64,000 bases of DNA from the human T2T-CHM13v2.0 reference genome, Homo sapiens. The position numbers were made by a program, and so were the translations under genes. The notes below the pieces were generated by a model, which made no database searches, was not told where the DNA came from, and saw nothing but the letters and a program-made list of their open reading frames with translations. The DNA lies in NCBI GenBank assembly GCA_009914755.4, contig CP086569.2:18592001-18656000 (forward strand). The letters are read 5' to 3'. Shown here piece after piece: positions 1-10,755 of this stretch. Every line of letters starts with the position of its first letter. Positions within the stretch are counted from its first letter, which is position 1.

Positions 1-1487
1 ATTGCTCCACTCAACCAGGGGAAGAAGGCACTGTATTTAATGTTATCATGGGTTATAAATACCCACCTCTGTGCCTCCAACATGCACCTGATTGTATCCA
101 TCTAGAAACTCAATTCTGGGCTACTTGTCTTCCAGAGAGATCAGCCACAGAGGAACTGGGACATTTGGTCTCTGGCCTCTCCCTTTCTTCTTTAAAGGAA
201 ATGAAAGAGGGAGTAATGGGAGATACCCCATACTTTCAATATAAACCTGCAGGAAAACCATGCCCTAAAAATTTTGATGGCTCATGTAAAACCTTAATTT
301 TGGAAGACAGTGTTAACTCGCATGCAGTAACATTTAAAATGACTCATATGGTTTAGTAATAGACTGGGCACCAAAGGGTTATTTAAAATCTGTTGCTCCT
401 CTGGTGGAAGGGAATGCCTGGAGGCTGCTTATTTTATTTCTTATCTGGAGAACGAGAATCATCATTTTACTTTACATAGGAGGTTGAGCTCATTCTTTCC
501 CTTGAAATGGGAAGATGAAAGCATTACCCCACCCCATTGAGGCAGCATATAATATTCCCCATCCTGAGCTCAGAATACCCAGAACTTTGAAAATTGGCGA
601 TTGCCATGTCTGGACTGTGAGCATGGAAAGGGGAAACTATTCTGTCTGTTGTCCCCACTACCATCCCTCTCTCTCAGTATTGACTTAGATCCAGACAGTA
701 TGTTTTACTTACCTCTAACCCGACTGTTCCCATACAGAGATATGTTAAGCCTCCTTACATGCTGTTAGTGGGAAATATCAAAATTTGAACGAACAATCAA
801 ACTGTTCAATGCATCATCTGTCATTATACACTTGCATTAACCCCCATTTTCACTCCACGAAAAGTGTATTGTGGTTAGAACTCAAGAAGGAATCTGTATT
901 CCAATAATTTTGCCCAGACCTTGGGAATCTTCCCCCTCAATACATTTAATTAATGAATTGTTACAACGAATTCTAAAAAGATCTAAGAGATTTGTTTTCA
1001 CGTTAATCACAGTAATCATGGGCCTAATTAGTCACTGCACTGGTGACCACTGCCGGAATGGTGTTACATCAATCTATTCAAACAGCTGATTTTTTTAATG
1101 ATTGGCAAGCCAATTCCACCCAAATGTGGAATTCTCAACAAGGCATTGATCAAAAATTGGCTAATCAAATTAATGATTTAAGACAGTCTGTTATTTGCTT
1201 GGAGATCAGGTAGTGAGTCTCGAACATCACACGCAATTGCAGTGCAATTGGAACAGTTCTGATTTCTGTACTACTCTGTATTCCTACAATGAGATAGATC
1301 ATTCATGAGAAGTGGTCAAAGGACACCTTCTAGGTCAGGAAGATAATTTATCACTGGACATAAGTAAATTAAAGAAACAAATTTTTGAAATCTCTCAATC
1401 TCATTTGTCCATTGTGCCTGCAGCTGGGGCATTAGATCAGGTGGCAGAAAATCTTTCCGGGCTAAACCTCACAACTTGAATTAAGTC
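1..1487 (+). pseudogene. HERV-K-like (class II, betaretrovirus-type ERV) env gene remnant; 5' part lies outside the window; frameshifted and inactive
   Basis: ORF 48..356 reads GYKYPPLCL...KPAGKPCPKNFDGSCKTLILEDSVNSHAV and ORF 871..1089 reads [41 protein letters not shown] (furin-type R-S-K-R cleavage motif followed by a fusion peptide). In other frames, ~1140-1200 encodes [16 protein letters not shown] and ~1240-1300 encodes [12 protein letters not shown]. These track recalled HERV-K env SU/TM motifs at roughly 50-60% identity, so this is not HML-2 itself. The reading frame changes between segments. Confidence 0.8.
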
Positions 1488-1699
1488 TGTGGGGGCTTCA
1501 CTGTAGTAAATTTTGGAATTATGTTTTTCTGTTTAATAAGCTTGTCTTTAGTGTGCTGGAACAGTCAAAGACTCCTGCCTCAAAATTGAGAGAACAAACA
1601 AGCCTTTAACACCATGGCACATTTATATAAAAGAAAGGGAGAGATGCTGCGGGAAGTCAGGGACCCCAGTTGGAGGGACCGGCTGAAACCATGGCAGAA

Positions 1700-1880
1700 G
1701 AACATAAATTGTGAAGATTTCATGGACATTTATTATTTCCCCAAATTAATACTTTTATAATTTCTTATGTCTGTCTTTAGGGCAACCTCTGAACATAAAT
1801 TGTGAAGATTTCATGGACATTTATCACTTCCCCAATCAATACTCTTGTGATTTCCTATGCCTGTCTTTACTTTAATCTTT
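1700..1880 (+). repeat. two tandem ~90-bp copies within LTR U3 (aacataaattgtgaagatttcatggacatttat...ctgtctttag)
   Basis: The two adjacent copies, 1700-1790 and 1791-1880, differ by only a handful of substitutions when read directly. Confidence 0.65.
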
Positions 1881-2538
1881 TAACCCTGTCATCTTTCTAA
1901 GCTGAGGAGGTACATTGCCTCAGGACACTGTGATGATTGCATTAACTGCACAAATTGTTTGTAGAGCATGTGTGTTTAAACAATATGAAATCTGGGCACT
2001 TTGTAAAAAGAACAGGATAACAGTGATGTTCAGGGAACAAGGGAGAAAACCATTAGGTCTGACGGACTGGGAGCTGGGTGGAACAGCCATATTTCTCCTC
2101 TTACAAAAGTGAATAGGAGAAATATTGCTGAGTTATTTTTCTCAGCAAGCAACAGCCCTGAGAAAGGGAATGCATTCCCAGGGATATGTCTCTAAAATGG
2201 CCGGTCTGGGAGTTTCTGTCTTATAGGATTGCAGGTAATGGATGAAATAAGCCCTGGCCTCCCATTGTGCTCCCAGGCCTATTAAAATGAGGAAGTTACT
2301 GCCTAGTAAATTTTAGTCAGACTGGTTGTCTGCTCTCAAACACTGTCTCCTGATAAGATGTTATCAATGACAATGTATGCTTAGTGGGACATGAAACTCC
2401 ATTAGCAATTTTGATTTCACCACAGTCCTGTGATCTCACTCTGCCCCCATTTGCCTTGCCATATTTTATTTCCTTGTGAAGTATGTGATATCTATGACCC
2501 AAACCCTTTCATGCTCTCTCTCCCCTTTGAAAATCACT

Positions 2539-2544
2539 AATAAA
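2539..2544 (+). promoter_or_regulatory. AATAAA polyadenylation signal in the LTR R region
   Basis: The hexamer in context cactAATAAAacttgcagg, about 130 bp upstream of the LTR 3' end. The position is typical for a retroviral R/U5 boundary. Confidence 0.4.
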
Positions 2545-2740
2545 ACTTGCAGGTTTTGTGGCTTGGGGTACATCACAGAACCTGCTGACATATGATGTCT
2601 CCCCCGGACACCCATCTTTAAAATTTCTCTCTTCTGTACTCTTTCCCTTTATTTCTCAGGCCAGACTACACTTGGGGAAAATAGAAAAAAATCTACATTG
2701 AAACATTGGGGGCTGGTTTCCCCTTATAATAGATAGCTTC

Positions 2741-4088
2741 CATCTTGTTTTTATCTTGGGCTATCAGGTTTTTCCACATGGACCTCAATTGGCTCCCAAA
2801 TGTCACTTTGCAAATTCTTCAAAAAGATTTTTCCAACCGTCTGTATAAAAGAATGGTTTAACTATGTAAAGTGAATTCATACAACACAAAAACAGTTTCA
2901 AAAAATAGTTTCTTTCTACTTTTTATTCGGGTATATTCTGTTTTCCCATGTGGGCTTCAATGTGCTCCCAAATATCCCTTCACAGATTCTCCAAGGAGAG
3001 ATTTTCCAACCTGCTGAATCAAAAGAAAGGTTTGACTCTGTCAGTTGAATTCACACATCATAAAGCAGTTTCACAGATAGTTTTTATTGATTTTTATCTG
3101 GTAATATTCTGTTTTTCCTTATGGGTTTCCATGGCCTCCCCAGTTTCCCTTTGCAGATTGTTCAAAAAGAGTGTTTCCAACCTGCTGAATAAAAAGAAAA
3201 GTTTAACTCTGGGACATGAATCCAAACATCACAAAGCATTTTCACAGATAGCTTCTTTTTAGGTTTTGCCTAGGGATACTCCTTTTTTTCCTTCATTGGC
3301 TTCAATGGACCAAAATATATTGTTCCAGATTGTCCAAAAGGAGTGCTCCAAACGTGCGGAATCAAACGAAAGGATTAACTCTGTGAGATGAATCCACACA
3401 TCACAAAGCAGTTTCACAGATAGATTCCACTGTTTTTCTGGGGATATTCAGTTATTCAACAGCTCAGTGGACTCCAAAAAGTCCCTTCACAAATTCTCCA
3501 AAAAGAGTTTTTCCAATCTGCTGAATCCAAAGAAAGATTTAACTCTGTGAGACAAATCCATACATCACAAAGCAATTTCACAGATAGCTTCTTTCTAGAT
3601 TTTACCTGAAGATATTCGTTTATTTTTTCCATGGGCCTCAATTAACTTCAAAATATTTCTTCATAGATCCTTTAAAAAGAGTATTTCAAACCTGCTGAAT
3701 AAAAGAAAGGGTTAACTCTGTGAGATGAATCCACACAACACAAAGCAGTTTCACAGATATGTTCTTTCTAGTTTTTACCTAGGTATACCATATTTTTCCC
3801 CACAGGCCTCAATGGGCTCCAAAATGTCCCCTTGCAGATTCTCAGAAAATGTGTTTCCAACCTGCAGTATCAAAAGAAAGGTTTAATTATTTGAGGTGAA
3901 TCTACATACCACAGAACAGTTTCACAGATAGCTTCTTTCTAGTTTTTATCTGGGGTTATTCGAATTTTCCTCATTGCCATTGGTGGGCTCCCCATTGTCC
4001 TATCACACATTCTCCAAAAGTGTTCAACCCTATGAGAGGAATCCAGGCATCACAAAGTAGTTTCACAGATAGCTTCTTACTTATTTTC
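2741..4088 (-). repeat. alpha satellite, divergent monomeric type, ~8 monomers of ~170 bp, reverse-complement of the conventional consensus
   Basis: A recurring unit, ...ctccaaaaagagtgtttccaacctgctgaatcaaaagaaaggtttaactctgtgagatgaatccacacatcacaaagcagtttcacagatagcttctttctagtttttatctggggatattc..., is the reverse complement of the alpha-satellite consensus at roughly 70-75% identity. The period is ~170 bp, shown by the repeated cacaaagcagtttcacagatag motif at 3403, 3570, 3740 and 3913. Confidence 0.85.
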
Positions 4089-4338
4089 TTTTTTTTTAAA
4101 TGTCTAACCCCATCACAATTTTATTATTATTATTATTGTTATTATACTTTAAGTTTTAAGGTACATGTGTACAATGTGCAGGTTTGTTACATATGTATAC
4201 ATGTGTCATGTTGGTGTGCTGTACCCATTAACTCATCATTTAGCATTAGGTATATCTCCTAATGCTATCCCTCCCCCCTCCCCCTACCGCACAACAGTCC
4301 CCAGTGTGTGATGTTCCCCTTCCTGTGTCCATGTGTTC

Positions 4339-7300
4339 TCATTGTTCAATTCCTACTTATGAGTGAGAACATGTGCTGTTGGGTTTTTTGTCCTTGCAAT
4401 AGATTGCTGAGAATGAGTAATGGGATGGCTGGGCAAATGGTATTTCTAGATCTAGATCCCTGAGGAATCGCCACACTGACTTCCACAATGGTTGAACTAG
4501 TTTACAGTGCCACAAACAATCTAAAAGTGTTTCTATTTCTCCACATCCTCTCCAGCACCTGTTGTTTCCCGACTTTTTAATAATCACCATTCTAACTGGT
4601 GTAAGATGGTATCTCATTGTGGTTTTGATTTGCATTTCTTGGATGGCCAGTGATGATGAGCATATTTTCATGTGTTTTCTTGGCTGCCTAAATGTCTTCT
4701 TTTGAGAACTGTCTGTTCATATCCTCTGCCCACTTTTGGATGGGGTTGTTTTTTTTTTTTTCTTGTAAATTTGTTTGATTTCATTGTAGATTCTGGATAT
4801 TAGCCCTTTGTGAGATGAGTAGGTTGCAAAAATTTTCTCGTATTCTGTATGTTGCCTGTTCACTCTGATGGTAGTGTCTTTTGCTGTGCAGAAGTTCTTT
4901 AGTTTCATTAGATCCCATTTGTCAATTTTGGCTTTTGTTTCCATTACTTTTGGTGTTTTAGACATGAAGTCCTTGTCCATGCCTATATCCTGAAAGATAA
5001 TGCCTAGGTTTTCTTCTAGGGTTTTTATGGTTTTAAGTCTAACATGTAAGTCTTTAATCCATCTTGAATTAATTTTTGTATAAGGTGTAAAGAAGGGATC
5101 CAGTTTCAGCTTTCTACATATGGCTAGCCAGTTTTCACAGCACCATTTATTAAATAGGGAATCCTTTCCCCATGGCTTCTTTTTGTCAGGTTTGTCAAAG
5201 ATCAGATAGTTGTAGATATGTGGCATTATTACTGAAAGCTCTGTTCTGTTGCATTGGTCTATATCTCTGTTTTGTACCAGTACCAAGCTGTTTTGGTTAC
5301 TGTAGCCTTGTAGTATAGTTTGAAGTCAGGTAGTGTGATGCCTCCAGCTTTGTTCTTTTCACTGAGGATTGTCTTCGCAATGTGGGCTCCTTTTTGGTTC
5401 TGTATGAAATTTAAAGTAGTTTTTTCCAATTCTGTGAAGAAAGTCACTGGTAGCTTGATGGGGATGGCATTGAATCTATAAATTACCTTGGGCAGTATGG
5501 CCATTTTCATGATATTGATTCTTCCTACCCATGAGCATGGAATGTTCTTCCATTTGTTTGTATCCTCTTTTATTTCATTGAGCAGTGGTTTGTATTTCTC
5601 CTTGAAGAGGTTCTTCACATCCCTTGTAAGTTGGATTCCTAGGTATTTTATTATCTTTGAAGAAATTGTGAATGGGAGTTCATTCATGGTTGGCTCTCTG
5701 TTTTTCTGTTATTGGTGTATAATAATTCTTGTGATATTTGCTCATTGATTTTGTATCATGATACGTTGCGGAAGCTGCCTATCAGCTTAAGGAGACTTTG
5801 GGCTGAGACGATGGGGTTTTCTAAATATACAATCATGCCATCTGCTAAAAGGGAGAATTTGACTTCCTCTTTTCCTAATTGAATACCCTTTGCCTTCTTC
5901 TCCTACCTGATTTTCCTGGCCAGAACTTCCAACACTATGTGGAATAGGATTGGTGAGAGAGGTCATCTCTATCTTTTGCCAGCTTTCAAAGGGATTGTTT
6001 CCAATTTTTGTCCATTCAGTATGATTTTGGCTGTCAGTTTGTCATAGATAGCTTTTATTATTTTGAAAGACATCCCATCAATACCTAATTTATTGAGAGT
6101 TTTTTTTATTATTATTATACTTTAAGTTTTAGGGTACATGTGCACATTGTGCAGGTTAGTTACATATGTATACATGTGCCATGCTGGTGCGCTGCACCCA
6201 CTAACTCGTCTTCTAGCATTAGTTATACCTCCCAATGCTATCCCTCCCCCCTCCCCCCACCCCACCACAGTCCCCAGAGTGTGATATTCCCCTTCCTGCA
6301 AATCAAAACCACTATGAGATACCATCTCACACCAGTTAGAATGGCAATCATTAAAAAGTCAGGAAACAACAGGTGCTGGAGAGGATGTGGAGAAATAGGA
6401 ACACTTTTACACTGTTGGTGGGACTGTAAACTAATTCAACCATTGTGGAAGTCAGTGTGGCGATTCCTCATGGATCTAGATCTAGAAATACCATTTGACC
6501 CAGCCATCCCATTACTGGGTATATACCCAAAGGAATATAAATCATGCTGCTATAAAGACACAGGCACACGTATGTTTATTGCAACATTATTCACAATAGC
6601 AAAGACTTGGAACCAACCCAAATGTCCAACAATGATACACTGGATTAAGAAAATGTGGCACATATACACCATGGAATACTATGCAGCCATAAAAAGTGAT
6701 GAGTTCATGTCCTTTGTAGGGACATGGATGAAATTGGAAATCATCATTCTCAGTAAACTATCGCAAGAACAAAAAACCAAACACCGCATATTCTCACTCA
6801 TAGGTGGGAATTGAACAATGATATTGAGAGTTTTTAACAAGAAGCGTTGTTGAATTTTGTCAAAGGCCTTCTCTGCATCTATTAAGATAATCATGTGTTG
6901 TTTGTCTTTGGTTCTGTTTACATGCTGGATTATGTTTATTGATTTTCATATGATGAACCAGCCTTGCATCCGAGAGATGAAGCCCACTTCATCATGGTGG
7001 ATAAGCTTTTTGATGTATTGCTGGATCCAGTTTGCCATATTTTATTGAGGATTTTTGCAACAATGTTCATCAAGGATATGGGTCTAAAATTCTCTTTTTT
7101 TGTTGTGTCTCTGCCAGGCTTTGGTATCAGGATGATGCTGGCCTCATAAAATGAGTTAGGGAGGATTCCTTCTTTTTCTATTGATTGGAATAGTTTCAGA
7201 AGGAATGGTACCAGCTCCTCCTTGTACCTCTGTAGAATTCGTCTGTGAATCCATCTGGTCCTGGGCTTCTTTTTTGTTGGTAAGCTATTTATTATTGCCA

Positions 7301-8674
7301 CAATTTCAGAGTCTGTTATTGATCTATTCAGAGATTCAATTTTTTCCTGGTTTAGTCTTGGGAGAGTGGATGTGTCGAGGAATTTATCCATTTCTTCTAG
7401 ATTTTCCAGTTCATTAGCATTAGAGGTGTTTATAGTATTCTCTGATGGTAGTTTGTATTTCTGTGGGATCGGTGGTGATATCCTCTTTGTCATTTTTTAT
7501 TGTTTCTATTATATTCTTCTCTCTTTTCTTCTTTATTTGTCTTGCTAGTGGTCTGTCAATTTTGTTGATCTTTTCAGAAAACCAGCTCCTGGATTCATTG
7601 ATTTTTTGTAGAGTTTTTTGTGTCTCTATTTCCTTCAGTTCTGCTGTGATCTTAGTTTTTTCTTGCCTTCTGCTAGCCTTTGAATATGTTTGCTCTTGCT
7701 TCTCTGGTTCTTTTAATTGTGATGTTAGGATATCAATTTTATATCTTTCCTGCTTTCTCCTGTGGGCATTTAGTGTTACAAATTTCCCGCTACGCACTGC
7801 TCTGAATGTGTCCCAGAGATTCTGGTATGTTGTTTCTTTGTTCTCATTGGTTTCAAATAACATCTTTATTTCTGCCTTCACTTCGTTATGTACCCAGTAG
7901 TCATTCCAGAGCAGGTTGTTCAGTTTCCATGTAAATGAGCGGATTTGAGTGAGTTTCTTAATCCTGAGTTCTAGTTTGATTGCACTGTGGTCTGAGAGAC
8001 AATTTGTTATAATTTCTATTCTTTTACATTTGCTGAGGAGTGCTTTACTTCCAAGTATGTGGTCAATTTTGGAAAAAGAGTGGTGTGGTGCTAAAAAGAA
8101 TGTGCATTCTGTTGATTTGGGGTGGAGAGTTCTGTAGATGTCTATTAGGTTCACTGTGTGCAGAGCTGAGTTCAATTCCTGGATATCCTTTTTAGCTTTC
8201 TGTCTTGTTGATCTGTCTAATGTTGAAGTGGAGTGTTAACATCTCCCATTATTGTTGTGTGGAAGTCTAAGTCTCATTATAGGTCACTAAGGACTTGCTT
8301 TATGAATCTGGGTGCTCCCATATTGGGTGCATATACATTTAGGGTAGTTAGGTCTTCTTGTTGAATTGATCCCTTTAGCATTATGTAATGGCCTTCTTTG
8401 CCTCTTTTGATGTTGTTTCATTTAAAGTCTGTTTTATCAGAGACTAGGATTGCAACCCCTGCTTTTTTTGTTTTCCATTTGCTTGGTAGATCTTCCTCCA
8501 TCCCTTTGTTTTGAGCCTATGTGTGTCTCTGCCTGTGAGATGGGTTTCCTGAATACAGCACACTGATGGGTCTTGATTCTTTATCCAATTTACCAGTCTG
8601 TGCCTTTTAATTTGAGCATTTAACCCATTTGCATTTTAGGTTAGTATTGTTATGTGTGAATTTTATCCTGTCAT
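4339..8674 (-). pseudogene. L1 ORF2 (endonuclease plus reverse transcriptase) remnant of the 4089-10755 element; multiple stops and frameshifts; interrupted at ~6100-6825 by the nested insertion
   Basis: Minus-strand translations include ...[25 protein letters not shown]..., ...[17 protein letters not shown]..., ...[23 protein letters not shown]... and ...[21 protein letters not shown].... The reverse complement of the ORF2 start (cctgtcattatgat) is at ~8672. The reverse complement of the stop context (ttctcattgttcaattcc) is at ~4339. Confidence 0.8.
6105..6821 (-). mobile_element. nested, 5'-truncated, 5'-inverted (twin-priming-type) L1 fragment inserted into ORF2 of the outer L1
   Basis: Positions 6105-6298 are a poly-T run plus the reverse complement of the L1 3'UTR end. 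Positions 6299-6821 are L1 ORF2 C-terminal sequence in sense orientation on the plus strand (ORF 6140..6814+ reads ...[55 protein letters not shown]...FSLIGGN). The inversion junction is at ~6299. The insert is flanked by a direct repeat tattgagagttttt at 6091-6104 and 6822-6835, and the outer L1 sequence resumes exactly where it stopped. Confidence 0.75.
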
Positions 8675-8739
8675 TATGATATTAACTAGTTAGTTGATGG
8701 AGTTTCTTCCTAACCTTGATGGTCTTTATAATTTGCATG

Positions 8740-9730
8740 TTTTTGCAGTGGCTGCTACTGGTCGTTCCTTTCCACATTTAATGCTTCCTTCAGGACCTCT
8801 TTTAGGGCAGACATGGTGGTGACAAAATCTCTCAGCATTTGCTTGTCTGTAAAGTACTTTATTTCTTCTTCACTTATGAAGCATAGTTTGGCTTGATATG
8901 AAATTCTGGGTAGAAAATTCTTTTCTTTAAGAATATTGAATATTGGCCCCCACTCTCTTCTGGCTTGTAGAGTTTCTGCTGAGAGATGAGCTGTTAGTCT
9001 GATGGGTTTCCGTTTGTGGGTAACCCGACCTTTCTCTCTGGCTGCCCTTTACATTTTTTCCTTCTTTTCAACTTTGGTGAATCTGACAATTATATGTCTT
9101 GGAGTTGCTCTTCTTGATGAGTATCTTTGTGGCATTCTCTGTATTTCCTGAATTTGAATGTTGGCCTGAATTGTTAGATTGGGGAAGTTGTCCAGGATAA
9201 TATCCTGCAGAATGTTTTCCAACTTGGTTCCATTCTCCCTGTCACTTTCAGGTACACCAATTAGACATAGATTTGGTCTTTTCACATAGTCCCATATTTT
9301 TGGAAATTTTGTTCATTTCTTTTTATTCTTTTTTCTCTAAACTGATCTTCACACTTCATTTCATCTTCCATTGCTGATACCCTTTCTTCCAGTTGATTGC
9401 ATCAGTTACTGAGGTTTGTGCATTCAGCACGTTGTTCTCGCGCCATGTTTTTCAACTCCATCAGGTTCTCTAAGGACTTTCTTCATTGGTTATTCTAGTT
9501 ATCCATTGATCTAATTTTTTTTCAAAGTTTTTAACTTCTTTGCCATTGGTTCAAACTTCCTCCTTTAGCTCAGGGTAGTTTGACCTTCTGAAGTCTTCCT
9601 CTCACAATTCGTGAAAGTCATTCTCTGTCCATCTTTGTTCCATTGCTGGTGAGGAGCTGCATTCCTTTGAAGGACGAGAGGTGCTCTGATTTTTAGAGTT
9701 TCCCGTTTTTCTGCTCTGTTTTTTCCCCAT
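8740..9730 (-). pseudogene. L1 ORF1 remnant of the 4089-10755 element, disrupted
   Basis: ORF 9049..9285(-) reads KRPNLCLIGVPESDRENGTKLENILQDIILDNFPNLTIQANIQIQEIQRMPQRYSSRRATPRHIIVRFTKVEKKEK, which is the ORF1 C-terminal half. The reverse complement of the ORF1 start context, ggtagataaaaccacaaagatggg, is at ~9720-9745. No single frame spans the region. Confidence 0.65.
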
Positions 9731-10755
9731 CTTTGTGGTTTTATCTACCTTTAGTCTTTGATGATGGTGACGTACAGATGGGTTTCTGGTGTGGATGTCC
9801 TTTCTGTTTGTTAGTTTTCATTCTAGCCATCAGGACCCTCAGCTGCAGGTCTGTTGGAGTTTACTCAAGGTCCACTCCAGACCCTGTTTGCCTGGGTGTC
9901 AGCAGTGGTGGCTGCAAAACAGTGGATATTGGTGAACCGCAAATGCTGCTGCCTAATCATTCCTCTGGATGTTTTGGCTCAGAGGCGTACCCGGCCCGGT
10001 AAGGTGTCAGTCTGCCTGTACTGATGGGTGCCTCCCAGTTAGGCTACTCAGGAGTCAGTGACCCACTTGAGGAGGCAGTTTGCCCATTCTCATATCTCCA
10101 GCTGTGTGCTGGGAGAACCACTAGTCTTCCAAACTCTCAGACAGGGACATTTAAGTCTGCAGAGGTTATTGCTGTCTTTTGTTTGTCTGTGCCCTGCCCC
10201 CAGAGGTGGAGCCTACAGAAGCAGGCAGGCCTCCTTGAGCTGTGGTGGGCTCCACCCAGTTCAAGCTTCCCAGCCACTTTGTTTACCTACTCAAGCCTGA
10301 GCAATGGCGGGTGTCCCTCCCCCAGCCTCACTGCCACCTTGCATTTTGATCTCAGACTGCTGTTCTAGCAATGAGTGAGGCTCAGTGGGCATAGAACCCT
10401 CTGAGCCATGTGTGGGACATAATCTCCTGGCGTGCCATTTCTGAAGCCCATTGGAAAAGCACAGTATTAATGTGGGAGTGACCTGATTTTCGAGGTGCCG
10501 TCTGTTGCCCATTTCTTTGACTAGGAAAGGGAATTCCCTGACCTCTTGAGCTTCCTGGGTGAGGTGATGCCTCACCCTGCTTCAGCTCATGCACAGTGTG
10601 CTCCACCCACTGTCCTGCACCCACTGTCTGGCACTCCACAGTGAGATGAACCCAGTACCTCAGTTAGAAATGCAGAAATCACCCATCTTCTGCATTGGTC
10701 ATGGTGGAAGCTGTAGAGTGGAGCTGTTCCTATTTGGCCATCTTGGCTGCACCCC

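Larger units (their letters stand above)
1488..2670 (+). mobile_element. 3' LTR of the same HERV-K-like provirus (TG...CA ends, U3 with tandem duplication, R with AATAAA, U5)
   Basis: Starts TGTGGGGG directly after the env C-terminal region, as in HERV-K where env overlaps the 3' LTR. Contains a ctgcgggaagtcagggacc motif resembling the HML LTR core. AATAAA lies ~130 bp before a terminal ...CTACA. Alpha satellite begins within ~70 bp downstream. The exact 5' boundary is approximate. Confidence 0.6.
4089..10755 (-). mobile_element. full-length L1 (L1PA-type) on the minus strand, inserted into alpha satellite; both ORFs disrupted; carries a nested L1 fragment
   Basis: Left end: a poly-T run (the poly-A tail on the minus strand) at 4089-4097, then the reverse complement of the L1 3'UTR (ttatactttaagttttaaggtacatgtg...). 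Right end: the reverse complement of the L1 5'UTR start, ggagctgttcctatttggccatcttggctgcacccc, ending ~10755. The target-site duplication is cttcttacttattttc (4073-4088) and tctttcttattttc (10756-10769), matching at 13 of 14 positions. Minus-strand ORFs 4357..4671, 4717..5286, 5259..5687, 6936..7493 and 7420..8175 are ORF2 endonuclease and reverse-transcriptase pieces. ORF 9049..9285 is an ORF1 piece. Confidence 0.9.

Noticed and set aside
4100-4355. The stretch beginning ttattattattattgttattatactttaagttttaaggtacatgtg first looked like a plus-oriented L1 piece, implying an inversion at the 3' end of the outer L1
   Set aside because: It is the reverse complement of the L1 3'UTR end and is co-linear with the minus-strand ORF2 that follows. 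The only genuine inversion is inside the nested insert at ~6299.
10024-10368. A 114-aa plus-strand ORF antisense to the 5'UTR of the minus-strand L1, as a candidate ORF0
   Set aside because: It is in a different frame and position from the ORF0 start. The true ORF0-position ATG at ~10304 stops after 24 codons. The long frame is an accidental open frame in GC-rich 5'UTR.
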